Source: Candidatus Sumerlaeota bacterium
Lineage (GTDB): Bacteria; Sumerlaeota; Sumerlaeia; MWCT01; JAUWMI01
Length of the DNA: 64,000 nucleotides
NCBI GenBank assembly: GCA_030613245.1
Contig: JAUWMI010000019.1
Coordinates: forward strand, 6,728-70,727
Direction of reading: 5' to 3'
In this document: one piece after another, positions 1-9,590 of the stretch
How the letters are laid out: every line of letters begins with the position of its first letter
Numbering within the stretch: the first letter of the stretch is position 1
Position numbers and translations under genes: made by a program
The notes under the pieces: generated by a model
What the model was told of the DNA's origin: nothing
The model's input: only the letters and a program-made list of their open reading frames with translations
Database searches by the model: none

Positions 1-515
1 TTACGAAGCTCACGGGCGAGTACTATTGCAAGGTCTACTACCATTGCTATGGTCTTGAGACGATCGTTCTGCGTTACTTTAACGTCTTTGGCCCCAACCA
101 GGATCCCACGTCGCAGTACAGCGCGGTAATTCCTCTCTTCATCACGGCAATCTTAAATGACCAGCAGCCCACGGTCTATGGCGACGGCCACCAGACGCGT
201 GATTTTACGTACGTCGAGAATAACGTGCGTGCCAACCTCCTGGCCGCTACAGCAAATAAAGGCCTTGGGCAGGTCATTAACATCGCCTGTGGTACATCTT
301 ATTCGCTTCATGATTTGCTTCGGATCATTAATAGCGTGACGGGTAAGCAAATTGCCCCGATCTATGCGGCTCCGCGTAAGGGTGATGTGCGCCACTCGCG
401 TGCTGACATTTCCCGTGCTCAGGAGCTTCTCGCCTACCGCGTTGAAGTACCATTTGAAGAAGGCCTGCGCCGCACCATCGAGTGGTATAAAACAAAAGGC
501 GCTAATACCGCGTGA
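1..515 (+). CDS. NAD-dependent epimerase/dehydratase (extended SDR, UDP-sugar 4-epimerase-like), C-terminal part; 5' end lies outside the window
   Basis: Frame 3 is open from base 3. Translation TKLTGEYYCKVY..LRYFNVFGPNQDP..VYGDGHQTRDFTYVENNV..INIACG..RKGDVRHSRADISRAQELL matches the YxxxK, RYFNVxGP and GDGxQxRDF blocks of sugar epimerases. Stop at 513-515. Confidence 0.85.
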   Translation, partial: TKLTGEYYCKVYYHCYGLETIVLRYFNVFGPNQDPTSQYSAVIPLFITAILNDQQPTVYGDGHQTRDFTYVENNVRANLLAATANKGLGQVINIACGTSYSLHDLLRIINSVTGKQIAPIYAAPRKGDVRHSRADISRAQELLAYRVEVPFEEGLRRTIEWYKTKGANTA

Positions 516-629
516 CGCTACAATCCCTCTGCGAAAACCGTGATTAATGCCGGCGATATCCTAATCGCACCGGGTCATCCCGATCAGCTCAAACAGATGG
601 TTTGTTAGCTTTTTCCGAATTGTTCAGCG

Positions 630-658
630 GTAGGGGGCGTATTGTAATACGCCCCTAC
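630..658. repeat. REP-type palindrome, family A (GTAGGGGCG..CGCCCCTAC)
   Basis: gtagggggcgtattgtaatacgcccctac. The same arms recur at 10+ other sites. A degenerate half copy follows at about 702-728. Confidence 0.85.
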
Positions 659-825
659 AGGAGATTTTCCATAGCCAGAAGCGGTGACGATTTGTCATAA
701 CGTAGGGGCACGCCTTGTGCTTGGCCTGGTTTTTTCTTCGTGTGCTTCATGGTGAGTAGTTTGAATTAGCATTTTACTACGAAGACCACGAAGGTGATCG
801 GGCAAGCGCGAGGGATTACTCTTAT

Positions 826-1533
826 TTAGCCGAGGAAGCTTATATCGTTGAGAAATTCGATGTGCTGATCGACGTGACTAATGACGCTGTCGTAGAACGA
901 CAGGAACTCGTGAGTGGTAAATGTGTAGGTCTGTTCAACGCGTGTATTGATATCCACCTCAACCATAAGGCCGGTGTCGCGCTGTTGGGGAGGAGCCGTG
1001 CGCACGGGATGGACTTTGATCCAGCGGTTAACGAGCAGGTTTGGTGCAAGGGAGACCTTGTGGAGCGTGCTCAGGTGAATTTCTTCCGCCTTATCGAAAA
1101 AGCTATGTTTGAGGAAATAGCTGCCAATTTTTTGATTAGCACTCTGGGTAAGGTGGACAAAGAGTTGGCAGACGCAGCCGAGGCGGATGATTTTAATCGC
1201 CACGTATTCAGTGAGGTAGGCGTGAGTCCTTTCGAGCAGCGGTTTAAAGTCAGCATACACGTCGCGCAGGGAGCGCTTCACGGGTGTATCGATTTTGCGT
1301 ACGTTTATCTTTGCGGGTGCGAATTCGACGACCAGGGTCTTTGTCTTGTTGAGGCAGACGATACGCGGGATTTCCGGCGGTGATTTTGGCGGAAGTGAGC
1401 GGATCATCGGCTCAGCGTCGAATACGGCATTATGAGCGCGGAAATCCTCGGCAAATGCTTTAGGATCTTCCAGCGGAAATGGCGCCACGAAGATGCCAGC
1501 AAAAACCGATAGCGCTTTGAACTTTTCTAGCAT
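826..1533 (-). CDS. hypothetical protein (235 aa)
   Basis: Longest ORF at this locus with non-repetitive, protein-like composition. No family recognised. Preferred over the antisense ORF 862..1383. Confidence 0.5.
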   Translation of the reverse strand: MLEKFKALSVFAGIFVAPFPLEDPKAFAEDFRAHNAVFDAEPMIRSLPPKSPPEIPRIVCLNKTKTLVVEFAPAKINVRKIDTPVKRSLRDVYADFKPLLERTHAYLTEYVAIKIIRLGCVCQLFVHLTQSANQKIGSYFLKHSFFDKAEEIHLSTLHKVSLAPNLLVNRWIKVHPVRTAPPQQRDTGLMVEVDINTRVEQTYTFTTHEFLSFYDSVISHVDQHIEFLNDISFLG

Positions 1534-1928
1534 TCCTCTCGCCTACCATTTAGCAGAGATTGAAAAACATCTTATAGCTACCGCCATTGGCACCAATAAT
1601 CAAGCAGAATGAGTGCGGGGTCAGACGGTATTATTTTTCGTAGCGTCCTGGCTCCTGTCAGAACGAGGTTTTTCTCATTCGATCGGCCCGCCCGCCTAAG
1701 GCGGACAATCCCGCTCGCTGAGGGAAGCACCTACTTTTAATAATGCCGGGTAGTCGCTTGGTCGGTTGAGCCGGTTGGTCGGTTGAACGGGCAAACTCTT
1801 GAAACGAGGTATGTTATATCTCTGCGGTTGATAAAAACGTCGCTTTTGGACAAGTTTCTGTTGAAACACAACGGAAGAAATGACAATGTTTTTATTGAGA
1901 GTTTTCAAAGTCCTTGGGAGAATGAAAT

Positions 1929-4900
1929 ATGAAAAGGATCCGCTCTCCTAAGTTAACCTTTCTTTCCAGCTTAAGGATTTTAGCCTTCTTTTTATTTTTT
2001 CTCATTACTCCCTTTTGCCTGCTATCTCAAGCTGCAGTGATAACCGTTCCGGGTGATTATTCCACAATTCAGGCGGCAATTGATGCGTCTCAAGATGGTG
2101 ATGGAATTATCGTCTCTAAAGGCACGTACTATGAAAATATCAAGTTCAATGGGAAAAATATTATTCTTCGTTCTACTGATCCCACGAGCTCAACCGTTGT
2201 AGCCAGCACCATCATTGATGGAAATCAATCCGGGTCTGTAGTTACCTTCTCCGGCACAGAGCTCACCACCTGCATCCTCTTCGGCTTCACCATCACCAAT
2301 GGTTATGCCTACATAGGGGGCGGTATCTGCGGTAAACGCAGTTTGGCATCTATAAAGAATAATTCAATATTGGGTAACTCAGCAAGTCATTTTGGTGGAG
2401 TCTCCGATTGCAATGGCACCATCCAAAACAATATCATTTCGGGCAACTCATCTCGTGAAGGCAACGGCGGCGGGCTGGCCTGTTGCTACGGCACTATTCA
2501 GAACAATATTATATCGGATAATTCAGCAAAGTACGACGGTGGTGGACTCTATTCGTGTGGTGACAGAATTGAGAACAATACCATTTCGGGCAACTCTTGT
2601 TATAGCGACGGCGGTGGGCTTTATTTATGTTACGGCAACATTGCGAATAATATAATTTCGAACAACACTTGTCGTTATGGTAATGGTGGTGCGCTCAGCG
2701 AGTGTAACGGCACAATTCATAACAATACTATCTATGGTAATGCTGCATATAATTACGGCGGAGGGCTTGTCCGTTGTAACGGCACAATACAGAACAACAC
2801 GATCTGCGGCAATTCGGCTGGGCTGGATGGAGGCGGGCTCGCCTATTGCACGGACTTTATTATTAATTGCATCGTCTGGGGAAACTCTGCTCGCACTGAC
2901 AGCCAACTTTTTGTGTGTAGTTTACCCTTTTACAGCTGCATACAGGATTGGACCGGTGGTGGCAGAGGCAATATCTCAGCAGATCCGAGATTCGTTGACC
3001 CGGATAATGGAGATTTTCATCTTCAGGCCGACTCCCCCTGTGTGGATGCCGGGAATACATATTATCTTTTTGGCAGATATCTTGTAGATATAGATGGGGA
3101 GTGCCGACTAGCAGGTAGCTCTGTGGATATGGGAAGTGATGAGTACGGTAGTTCTCTGGACACAGATGGAGACCTGTTAGCCGATATTGAGGAAGCTAAT
3201 CGCGGCAGCGACCCCAATAACCCGGATACTGATGGCGACGGTTTAAAAGATGGCACAGAAGCGCTTCGCGGTACCGATCCAACGTACTACAATATTCCAT
3301 CAGGAATTTTCATTCCCACGGACTTTCCATCAATCCAGCAAGGGCTCTTTCTGGCTTTTCCTTCGGAGATAATTACAGTTGATCCTGGCACTCATCATGA
3401 AAATCTTCGTTTCCTGGGGAAAAATGTAATTCTCCAAAGTAGGAACCCCCTTGATGATAATATCGTCGATGCGACGATAATAGATGGGGGAGGATTGTGT
3501 TCGGTTATTGTCTTTAAGGGCACGGAAGACGAAAGCTGTGTGGTGAGAGGTCTTACCATTCGCAATGGAGCTGCATTGCTAAATTATTTTTCTTATGATA
3601 ACAGAGGTGGAGGAATTCGTGGGAATGGTACACGCGCAGTTATTGAGCACAACAAAGTTTTGCGCAACCGCGCTAGGAGTGGCGGGGGTCTCTCCGGCTG
3701 CCATGGCATAATCCAGAACAATACCATTACTTTCAATTCGGCAGTGGTTTCCGGAGGTGGGCTCTGGGATTGCAAGGGCAAGATCCAGAACAATATTATC
3801 TGTGACAATTCTGCTGTGCAAGGCGGCGGGCTTGACTTCTGCAGGGGAATCATTCAGAACAACACCATTTCAAACAACTGGGCTGAATATGGCGGCGGGC
3901 TCTTGTATTGCAATGCCATCATCCAGAATAATACTATTTCATGCAACTCGGGGAGCCATTATGGCGGAGGCCTTGCAAGTTGTCATGCCACTATTCAGAA
4001 CAATGCCATCACGAGCAATTCTGCTACAGGCTCGTATGGTCGTGGTGGGGGGCTTTACCAGTGTGATGGTACTGTTCAGAACAACGTCATCTCCGGCAAC
4101 TTGGCTAATATAGGAGGTGGGCTCTATAAGTGCTACGGCACCATCTATAATAATATTATATCAGGTAACTCGGCCAATAACTCTGGGGGCGGGCTGTCCT
4201 ATTGCAGCGGCATCCGGAACAATACCATTTACGGCAACTCAGCCATTGATTATGGTGGCGGACTCGATTCTTGTTCTTTCGGCACCGCAAATTGTATTGT
4301 TTGGCAGAACACGGCCTCCAAGGACGCTCAAATCAGAGGTTCCATCACCCCTTCTTATTCTTGCATTCAGGATTGGACGGGTGGTGGTGAGGGTAATATC
4401 TCGTCTGATCCGCAATTTGTTGACCCGGAGAACCGGGACTTCCATCTGCTTCCCGCCTCACCCTGTATAGATGCAGGACGTCATATTGCTGATCTAACAG
4501 AGGATTTTGAAGGCGATGCCAGACCCTACAATGGTACGTCGGAGCCTCGTGGTGATGGGTCGGACTATGACATCGGTGCTGATGAATTTACGGGAGTGGT
4601 TACATTAAAGGATTTTAATTTCGACCTGACGGAAGACGGCTGGGGATTGGTCGAGATTTCTCATTTCACACCGCCACATTTTGACTACACGCCAGGCCAA
4701 CTTATACTCACTGCGCAGGATAATACCAACACCTACGGTTTCTGGACGAGCGAGCTGGACGCGGTGCCGGTGATTGCAGATTGTCTGTATCGCGCCAGCT
4801 GGACAGTAGCAACAGACGTTACAGATCCTCTGGCGGTGCCGAATATGCTCCTGCGGGTAAACAGCCAGAATTATCAGCAGGCAGATATGCTGGTGGTAAG

Positions 4901-5627
4901 TAGTGCGGGGGATGGCTCGTATGCGCCGACTCTGGAGGGTCGGACGTATGAGATGTATTTTGTTCCGCCAGAAAGCGCGCTGGGAAAACCAGAGGATCAG
5001 GACGATCTGATCCTGTCGTTTGATATCATGAATTTTGACGCAGGGGACGCCGCTGATGGCTCACTTATGCTGGACAGAGTAGTGGTGGAGGCAATTCCCC
5101 TGGATACGTTGAGCACACCGATGATGCTAAAGACCTGGAGTTTTGAAACGGCTTCGGAGGGCTGGGAGTTTGGTACTGTCCCGATATTTACCGCGCCGCT
5201 TAGTGGCATTGGTGCTGGTGCGCTCTGGTTGATTGCGCAGGATAATACGAAGACCTTTGGGTTCTGGAGTGGGCCTTCGGAAGAGGTGGAGGCAGAGGAA
5301 GGTAAGCTCTATCGGCTGCGCTTCACCGTGATGACGGATGTTATGGTCCAGGAGAATGTGCCACATCTTCGCATACGCGTATCAAGCGAAGATTTTCAGT
5401 CGAGCATTGTGAAGCTCATCAGTTCATTTACGGGAGCGGAGATGAGTCCGACTCCTGAGGGGCGTACCTACGATCTTTATTTCTATCCGCCACAATCTCT
5501 TGTGGGAACTCCGCAGAACGGTTTCCTAGCTGCTTTCGATATCCTCAATTTTGATCCTGGGGATAGTGCGTCTGGCTCATTGATGCTGGATGGGGTAGTT
5601 GTCGAATCTTTTGATCTTATCCCTTAA
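1929..5627 (+). CDS. secreted right-handed parallel beta-helix repeat protein with TSP3-like Ca-binding linker and duplicated C-terminal domains (1232 aa)
   Basis: Signal-like N-terminus MKRIRSPKLTFLSSLRILAFFLFFLITPFCLLSQA. Dozens of ~23-aa NNxIxGNxA..GGGL turns. Linker DTDGDLLAD..NPDTDGDGLKDG. Two copies of IQDWTGGG.GNIS.DP.FVDP.N.DFHL. Confidence 0.85.
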   Translation: MKRIRSPKLTFLSSLRILAFFLFFLITPFCLLSQAAVITVPGDYSTIQAAIDASQDGDGIIVSKGTYYENIKFNGKNIILRSTDPTSSTVVASTIIDGNQSGSVVTFSGTELTTCILFGFTITNGYAYIGGGICGKRSLASIKNNSILGNSASHFGGVSDCNGTIQNNIISGNSSREGNGGGLACCYGTIQNNIISDNSAKYDGGGLYSCGDRIENNTISGNSCYSDGGGLYLCYGNIANNIISNNTCRYGNGGALSECNGTIHNNTIYGNAAYNYGGGLVRCNGTIQNNTICGNSAGLDGGGLAYCTDFIINCIVWGNSARTDSQLFVCSLPFYSCIQDWTGGGRGNISADPRFVDPDNGDFHLQADSPCVDAGNTYYLFGRYLVDIDGECRLAGSSVDMGSDEYGSSLDTDGDLLADIEEANRGSDPNNPDTDGDGLKDGTEALRGTDPTYYNIPSGIFIPTDFPSIQQGLFLAFPSEIITVDPGTHHENLRFLGKNVILQSRNPLDDNIVDATIIDGGGLCSVIVFKGTEDESCVVRGLTIRNGAALLNYFSYDNRGGGIRGNGTRAVIEHNKVLRNRARSGGGLSGCHGIIQNNTITFNSAVVSGGGLWDCKGKIQNNIICDNSAVQGGGLDFCRGIIQNNTISNNWAEYGGGLLYCNAIIQNNTISCNSGSHYGGGLASCHATIQNNAITSNSATGSYGRGGGLYQCDGTVQNNVISGNLANIGGGLYKCYGTIYNNIISGNSANNSGGGLSYCSGIRNNTIYGNSAIDYGGGLDSCSFGTANCIVWQNTASKDAQIRGSITPSYSCIQDWTGGGEGNISSDPQFVDPENRDFHLLPASPCIDAGRHIADLTEDFEGDARPYNGTSEPRGDGSDYDIGADEFTGVVTLKDFNFDLTEDGWGLVEISHFTPPHFDYTPGQLILTAQDNTNTYGFWTSELDAVPVIADCLYRASWTVATDVTDPLAVPNMLLRVNSQNYQQADMLVVSSAGDGSYAPTLEGRTYEMYFVPPESALGKPEDQDDLILSFDIMNFDAGDAADGSLMLDRVVVEAIPLDTLSTPMMLKTWSFETASEGWEFGTVPIFTAPLSGIGAGALWLIAQDNTKTFGFWSGPSEEVEAEEGKLYRLRFTVMTDVMVQENVPHLRIRVSSEDFQSSIVKLISSFTGAEMSPTPEGRTYDLYFYPPQSLVGTPQNGFLAAFDILNFDPGDSASGSLMLDGVVVESFDLIP

Positions 5628-5750
5628 TTCATGTTGGAGATTCTGAGAAGAAGACTTGCGTCAAATTATTCGGCTTCACGGGCAGGTTGAAAATGCGCCT
5701 GTGGCGTGATGCCCGAGCCATTTTTTTACAGCTCTTTCTCAAATGAGACC

Positions 5751-5795
5751 CCCCTCACCCTAACCCTCTCCCCCCAGGGGAGAGGGAAGTAGGGT
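5751..5795. repeat. short hairpin repeat, family D (CCCCTCACC..CTCTCCCC-loop-GGGGAGAG)
   Basis: cccctcaccctaaccctctccccccaggggagagggaagtagggt. An inverted partner lies at 5897-5933. Confidence 0.8.
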
Positions 5796-5896
5796 CCTCT
5801 GTCTGCTGGACTGTCATCTCCGGACGAATGTAAGTAATTTTGTCTGTCATGATTTGGCTGCGCGAAAATGAACAGCAGTCTGCGCAGTGTTTTTAT

Positions 5897-5933
5897 CCTC
5901 TCCCCACTGGGGGAGAGGAGTAAGGTGAGGGGG
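5897..5933. repeat. family D repeat, inverted copy
   Basis: cctctccccactgggggagaggagtaaggtgaggggg. Its reverse complement matches 5751-5790. Confidence 0.8.
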
Positions 5934-6028
5934 CTATGAATGCATTAACAAGATCATAGAAAAAGAGGCTCTTTGTCAAATGAGTTAGCGTTTTTTCATC
6001 GTAACAATAGAGAAAGGTCGGCTGAATA

Positions 6029-6056
6029 GTACGGGCGTTTAATTAAACGCCCCTAC
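6029..6056. repeat. REP-type palindrome, family A
   Basis: gtacgggcgtttaattaaacgcccctac. Same inner stem and loop as the copy at 58634. Confidence 0.8.
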
Positions 6057-6265
6057 TCGTCCTGTTGGCTGGTGAAGAGGGAATACACAGCAGGCACATT
6101 ACGTAATGAGGCACAGATCCTAGCAACTGCCGTACACTTGCCGAGATATGAAGACACTGAAGTTATTCAATGCATCAGAGACTTTCTTGCTAACTTATCT
6201 GACAAAGAGCCTTTTTTATTTACAGAGTCTGGGTAGATTGAGGTTTCGAAGAGCGAGGCTTCTCG

Positions 6266-6520
6266 TCACTCTGTGGTTTGCTCTGTGGGTCCTTCGGCTT
6301 TGTGGCGCTCGAGGTCGACTTCGTAGAAGCCTTCTTTGCTGAGAAGCTGTAAGACGTCCATCTCCTTGCCTTTGGGAATCCAGATGTGGGCGTGGATTTT
6401 GCCACTTCCGCCGCTGATCTGTACGCCCAGATCGGCGAGTTTCGCCATGATCTCTGAGGAGAAAGTTGTAATCCGCTTTTCCACGATGTGGAAGTTATCG
6501 AGGTCGCGAAATGGTGGCAT
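6266..6520 (-). CDS. hypothetical small protein (84 aa)
   Basis: Strong Shine-Dalgarno GGAGGTGAGACAA precedes the ATG at Met11 of the 94-aa ORF. No family recognised. Confidence 0.5.
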   Translation of the reverse strand: MPPFRDLDNFHIVEKRITTFSSEIMAKLADLGVQISGGSGKIHAHIWIPKGKEMDVLQLLSKEGFYEVDLERHKAEGPTEQTTE

Positions 6521-6571
6521 TTGTCTCACCTCCCCGCCTGTTTCTAACACTACTTAACGAAGATAAACATT

Positions 6572-6610
6572 AAACCACGACGGCACAACGTGAATGCGCC
6601 TTAGGCGCAT
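6572..6610. repeat. short repeat family B (AAACCACGACGGCAC.ACG.GAATGCGCCTTAGGCGCAT)
   Basis: aaaccacgacggcacaacgtgaatgcgccttaggcgcat. Copies also at 21042 and 27608, plus an inverted partial copy near 27721-27745. Contains the hairpin ATGCGCC-TTA-GGCGCAT. Confidence 0.85.
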
Positions 6611-6625
6611 TAAAATATATCCATT

Positions 6626-6767
6626 GCGAGGGGGATTCGCCTAGGCGAATCTCCCCTCGCGCTCCCCTCCTAACCCTTTCATTACACGCGATTTCATCCG
6701 CCTTCGACAGGCGTCGGCGGTTGAAATCGCCACTGGCTCCTGACTCACCTTTCGGTGATCCAGGCAA
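6626..6767. repeat. ~142-bp structured repeat, family C (MITE-like, three nested hairpins)
   Basis: Aligns over its whole length with 42167-42309. Shared blocks: GCGAGGGG..CCCCTCGCGCTCCCCTCCTAA, GCGATTTCATCCGCC..GGCG..TGAAATCGCC, TCACCTTT.GGTGA.CCAGGCA. Confidence 0.85.
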
Positions 6768-6778
6768 TAGTACTTGCT

Positions 6779-8092
6779 TTAGCCTGCTTGTTTGAGTTGC
6801 TCTTCGATGTGGGTACGCACCTTCTCGATGGGCAGGCGAATTTGCTCCATGCTGTCGCGCTCGCGAATGGTGACCTGGTGGTCGTCAAGCGACTGAACGT
6901 CAACAGTGATGCAGAAGGGAGTGCCGATTTCGTCTTGCCGGCGGTACAGGCGGCCGATGCCAGCAGTTTCGTCGTACGTCGTATAAAAGTGGGTTCTCAG
7001 CTCAGCGGCGAGTTGCTTAGCCATAGCAACGATTTCCGGCCGATTGCGTAGCAAGGGTAGCACGGCGGCTTTAATCGGGGCGAGTAGGGGATGGAGGGCG
7101 AGGATCACGCGCTTCTGGCCGCGCACGGTTTCCTGGCGGTAGGAATCCACGAGGAATGCCAGTGCAGAGCGGTCAACGCCCGCAGAGGGCTCGATTACGT
7201 AAGGCACGTAGCGCGTTTGCTCCTTTTCGTCGAAGACCGAGAGATCTTTACCTGAAAATTTTATGTGCTGCTTGAGATCGTAGTCGGTACGATTAGCAAT
7301 GCCTTCGAGTTCTGACCAGCCCATGGGAAAGCGGTACTCAACGTCCACGCACGAGATGGCATAGTGGGCGAGTTCGTTGCCCTCGTGCGGGCGCAAGCGC
7401 AGGTTATCCTTACGAATGCCGAATTTCGCGTACCAGTTGAAGCGCTCCTTGACCCAGAAGTCGAACCACTCCTTATCAGTCCCGGGCTTAACGAAGTATT
7501 CGATTTCCATCTGCTCAAATTCGCGCGTACGAAAAATGAAGTTTCCTGGCGTGATTTCGTTTCTGAAGGACTTGCCGATCTGCGCGATGCCAAAAGGGAG
7601 CTTGCGGCGCATGGCGGTGAGCACGTTGTCGAAATTGACGAAAATGCCTTGCGCGGTTTCTGGGCGGAGGTAGACAACGGAGGCGCTGTCTTCCACCGGG
7701 CCGACATGGGTTTTGAACATCAGGTTGAATTGGCGCGGCGAGGTGAGTTCACCGCCACAGTCCGGGCAGGTGGTATTGTCGGAGAGGTCGTCGGCCTTGT
7801 AGCGTTTTTTACATGACTTGCAGTCAACGAGCGGATCGGTGAAGCTCTCTATATGGCCAGAGGCTTCCCACGTGCGCGGATGCATAAGGATAGCGGCGTC
7901 CAGGCCTTCCATGTCGTCGCGTTCGTAGACGACAGTTCTCCACCACATCAGCTTCACATTGTTTTTCAATTCCACGCCCAGGGGGCCATAGTCCCACGTG
8001 CTTCCAAGGCCGCCGTAGATTTCGCTGCTCTGAAAAATCAAGCCACGGCGTTTGCAGAGCGAGACGATCGTGTCCATCGAAACTTCAGTCAT
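6779..8092 (-). CDS. glyQS: glycine--tRNA ligase (dimeric class II form)
   Basis: 437 aa. MDTIVSLCKRRGLIFQSSEIYGGLGSTWDYGPLGVELKNNVK.. and FRNEITPGNFIFRTREFEQMEIEYF are typical GlyQS blocks. Confidence 0.95.
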   Translation of the reverse strand: MTEVSMDTIVSLCKRRGLIFQSSEIYGGLGSTWDYGPLGVELKNNVKLMWWRTVVYERDDMEGLDAAILMHPRTWEASGHIESFTDPLVDCKSCKKRYKADDLSDNTTCPDCGGELTSPRQFNLMFKTHVGPVEDSASVVYLRPETAQGIFVNFDNVLTAMRRKLPFGIAQIGKSFRNEITPGNFIFRTREFEQMEIEYFVKPGTDKEWFDFWVKERFNWYAKFGIRKDNLRLRPHEGNELAHYAISCVDVEYRFPMGWSELEGIANRTDYDLKQHIKFSGKDLSVFDEKEQTRYVPYVIEPSAGVDRSALAFLVDSYRQETVRGQKRVILALHPLLAPIKAAVLPLLRNRPEIVAMAKQLAAELRTHFYTTYDETAGIGRLYRRQDEIGTPFCITVDVQSLDDHQVTIRERDSMEQIRLPIEKVRTHIEEQLKQAG

Positions 8093-8145
8093 AGCTTACG
8101 TCCTTATAATGATCAGGGTATGTGTTGTCCATTGGCCCAGGCGGC

Positions 8146-9453
8146 TTAACGTGGCCTCAGCACCACTACCGTTGGTTTCGCAAAGTAGGTTCTCGCAACG
8201 CGCAGGACATCCTGCTTGGTTACCTGCCGGATGAGCTCGGGATAGCGCTTATCAAAACCGTAACCCACACCCATGAGTTGGTACCAGCCAAGATACCAGG
8301 CCTGGCGCAGATTAGTCTGATGGTCAATCAGAAATTTGCCGATCAGATAGTTTTTAGCGCGTTCCAGCTCATCGTCGCTCACCGGTTCCTTGGCGATGAG
8401 CTGAAACTCATTTATGAGACTATCTCGTGCGGTTTCTATGGTTTCAGGTTGAGTGCCGATCCATGCAAAGAAATGGCTGTGGCGACGGCGCGTTGGCATG
8501 GCGCAGCCGACGTTGTATGCCAGGCCCCGAGCATCGCGGAGCCGCAGAAAGAGGCGGGACGACATTCCCTCGCCCAGAATCGCGCTCGTTACCTTCAGAG
8601 CGGAATAGTCGGGTGAATCTATAGAAACCGTGACGTAGCCAGCAATAACGAAGCCCTGTTCGACTTTCTTCTTTAAAGTGGCTGATTTGTGGCGCGTGAC
8701 GTACTTCTTAGAGGTAAGAACTTTGTCCGGAGTGGGCGTGGGCTTTTTGCCAAGTGCGGCGTTCAGCTTCCTGAGGAGTTCCTGTTCGTCAACGTTACCC
8801 ACAACGGTTAGAATCATGTTCGATGGCACCCAATAACGCGTGTGAAATTCCTGGAGTGCATCGCGGGTGATGGCCTTCACGGTTTTTGGCGTGCCTTCGA
8901 CCGGGTAGGCGTATGGGTGTCCTTCATAGAGCACCGCCTTAAAGTTCTTATATGTGTAGGAAAACTTATCGTCCTCTTGAAGATTGATGTGTGCAAGGAT
9001 GATCTGGCGTTCCTTTTCAACTTCCTCGGGAGGGAATGTGGGATGGAGCAGGACGTCGCTCATTACATCGAGTGCGGTGTCCAGGTCGTCAGCCGTGGTC
9101 ACGGTAACGACTTCCGCGAAGTCATAGGCCGTATCAGTACCCAGCAGGCCGCCAATGGCCTCCATGTCGCGGGCAATTTCCACGGCAGAGCGGTTTTTGG
9201 TGCCCTTAAGAATGACTTCCTGGACGAAATTGGTGATGCCATTTTCCCGAGAAATCTCGTAGAGCGAGCCAATACTGATAAAGCAATCCATGGCAAGGAT
9301 ATTATTGGTAGTAACGTGCTTAAAGATGACGAGCATGCCATTATCAAGTCGGTGCATTTTGATTTCTCCTGTTGATGCTGCTGTGTAATATAGAAGCAGA
9401 AAAGCGCAAATAGCGCATCGCACGAGCCCATTAGGTGTGAAACGAATTTTCAT
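8146..9453 (-). CDS. M16 (pitrilysin/insulinase) family peptidase, apparently non-catalytic subunit
   Basis: 435 aa with signal-like N-terminus and M16 architecture. The HxxEH position reads ITNFVQEVILKGT (no His-x-x-Glu-His). Confidence 0.8.
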   Translation of the reverse strand: MKIRFTPNGLVRCAICAFLLLYYTAASTGEIKMHRLDNGMLVIFKHVTTNNILAMDCFISIGSLYEISRENGITNFVQEVILKGTKNRSAVEIARDMEAIGGLLGTDTAYDFAEVVTVTTADDLDTALDVMSDVLLHPTFPPEEVEKERQIILAHINLQEDDKFSYTYKNFKAVLYEGHPYAYPVEGTPKTVKAITRDALQEFHTRYWVPSNMILTVVGNVDEQELLRKLNAALGKKPTPTPDKVLTSKKYVTRHKSATLKKKVEQGFVIAGYVTVSIDSPDYSALKVTSAILGEGMSSRLFLRLRDARGLAYNVGCAMPTRRRHSHFFAWIGTQPETIETARDSLINEFQLIAKEPVSDDELERAKNYLIGKFLIDHQTNLRQAWYLGWYQLMGVGYGFDKRYPELIRQVTKQDVLRVARTYFAKPTVVVLRPR

Positions 9454-9590
9454 ACCTGAATTCCAACTCTCCTAGCGGGACATGTCAAGAAACCACAGAT
9501 GACCACAGGTAAACACAGTTCAAACCACTGATCTTCGCGTGAAGGCGAGACGTCTTCATGACAGCCCGCCTGAGGCGGGCGCTATGTACA

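Noticed and set aside
862-1383. 173-aa plus-strand ORF
   Set aside because: Nested antisense within the longer 826..1533 ORF. Neither has a recognised family, but the minus-strand ORF spans the whole locus and looks more protein-like. Confidence was kept low.
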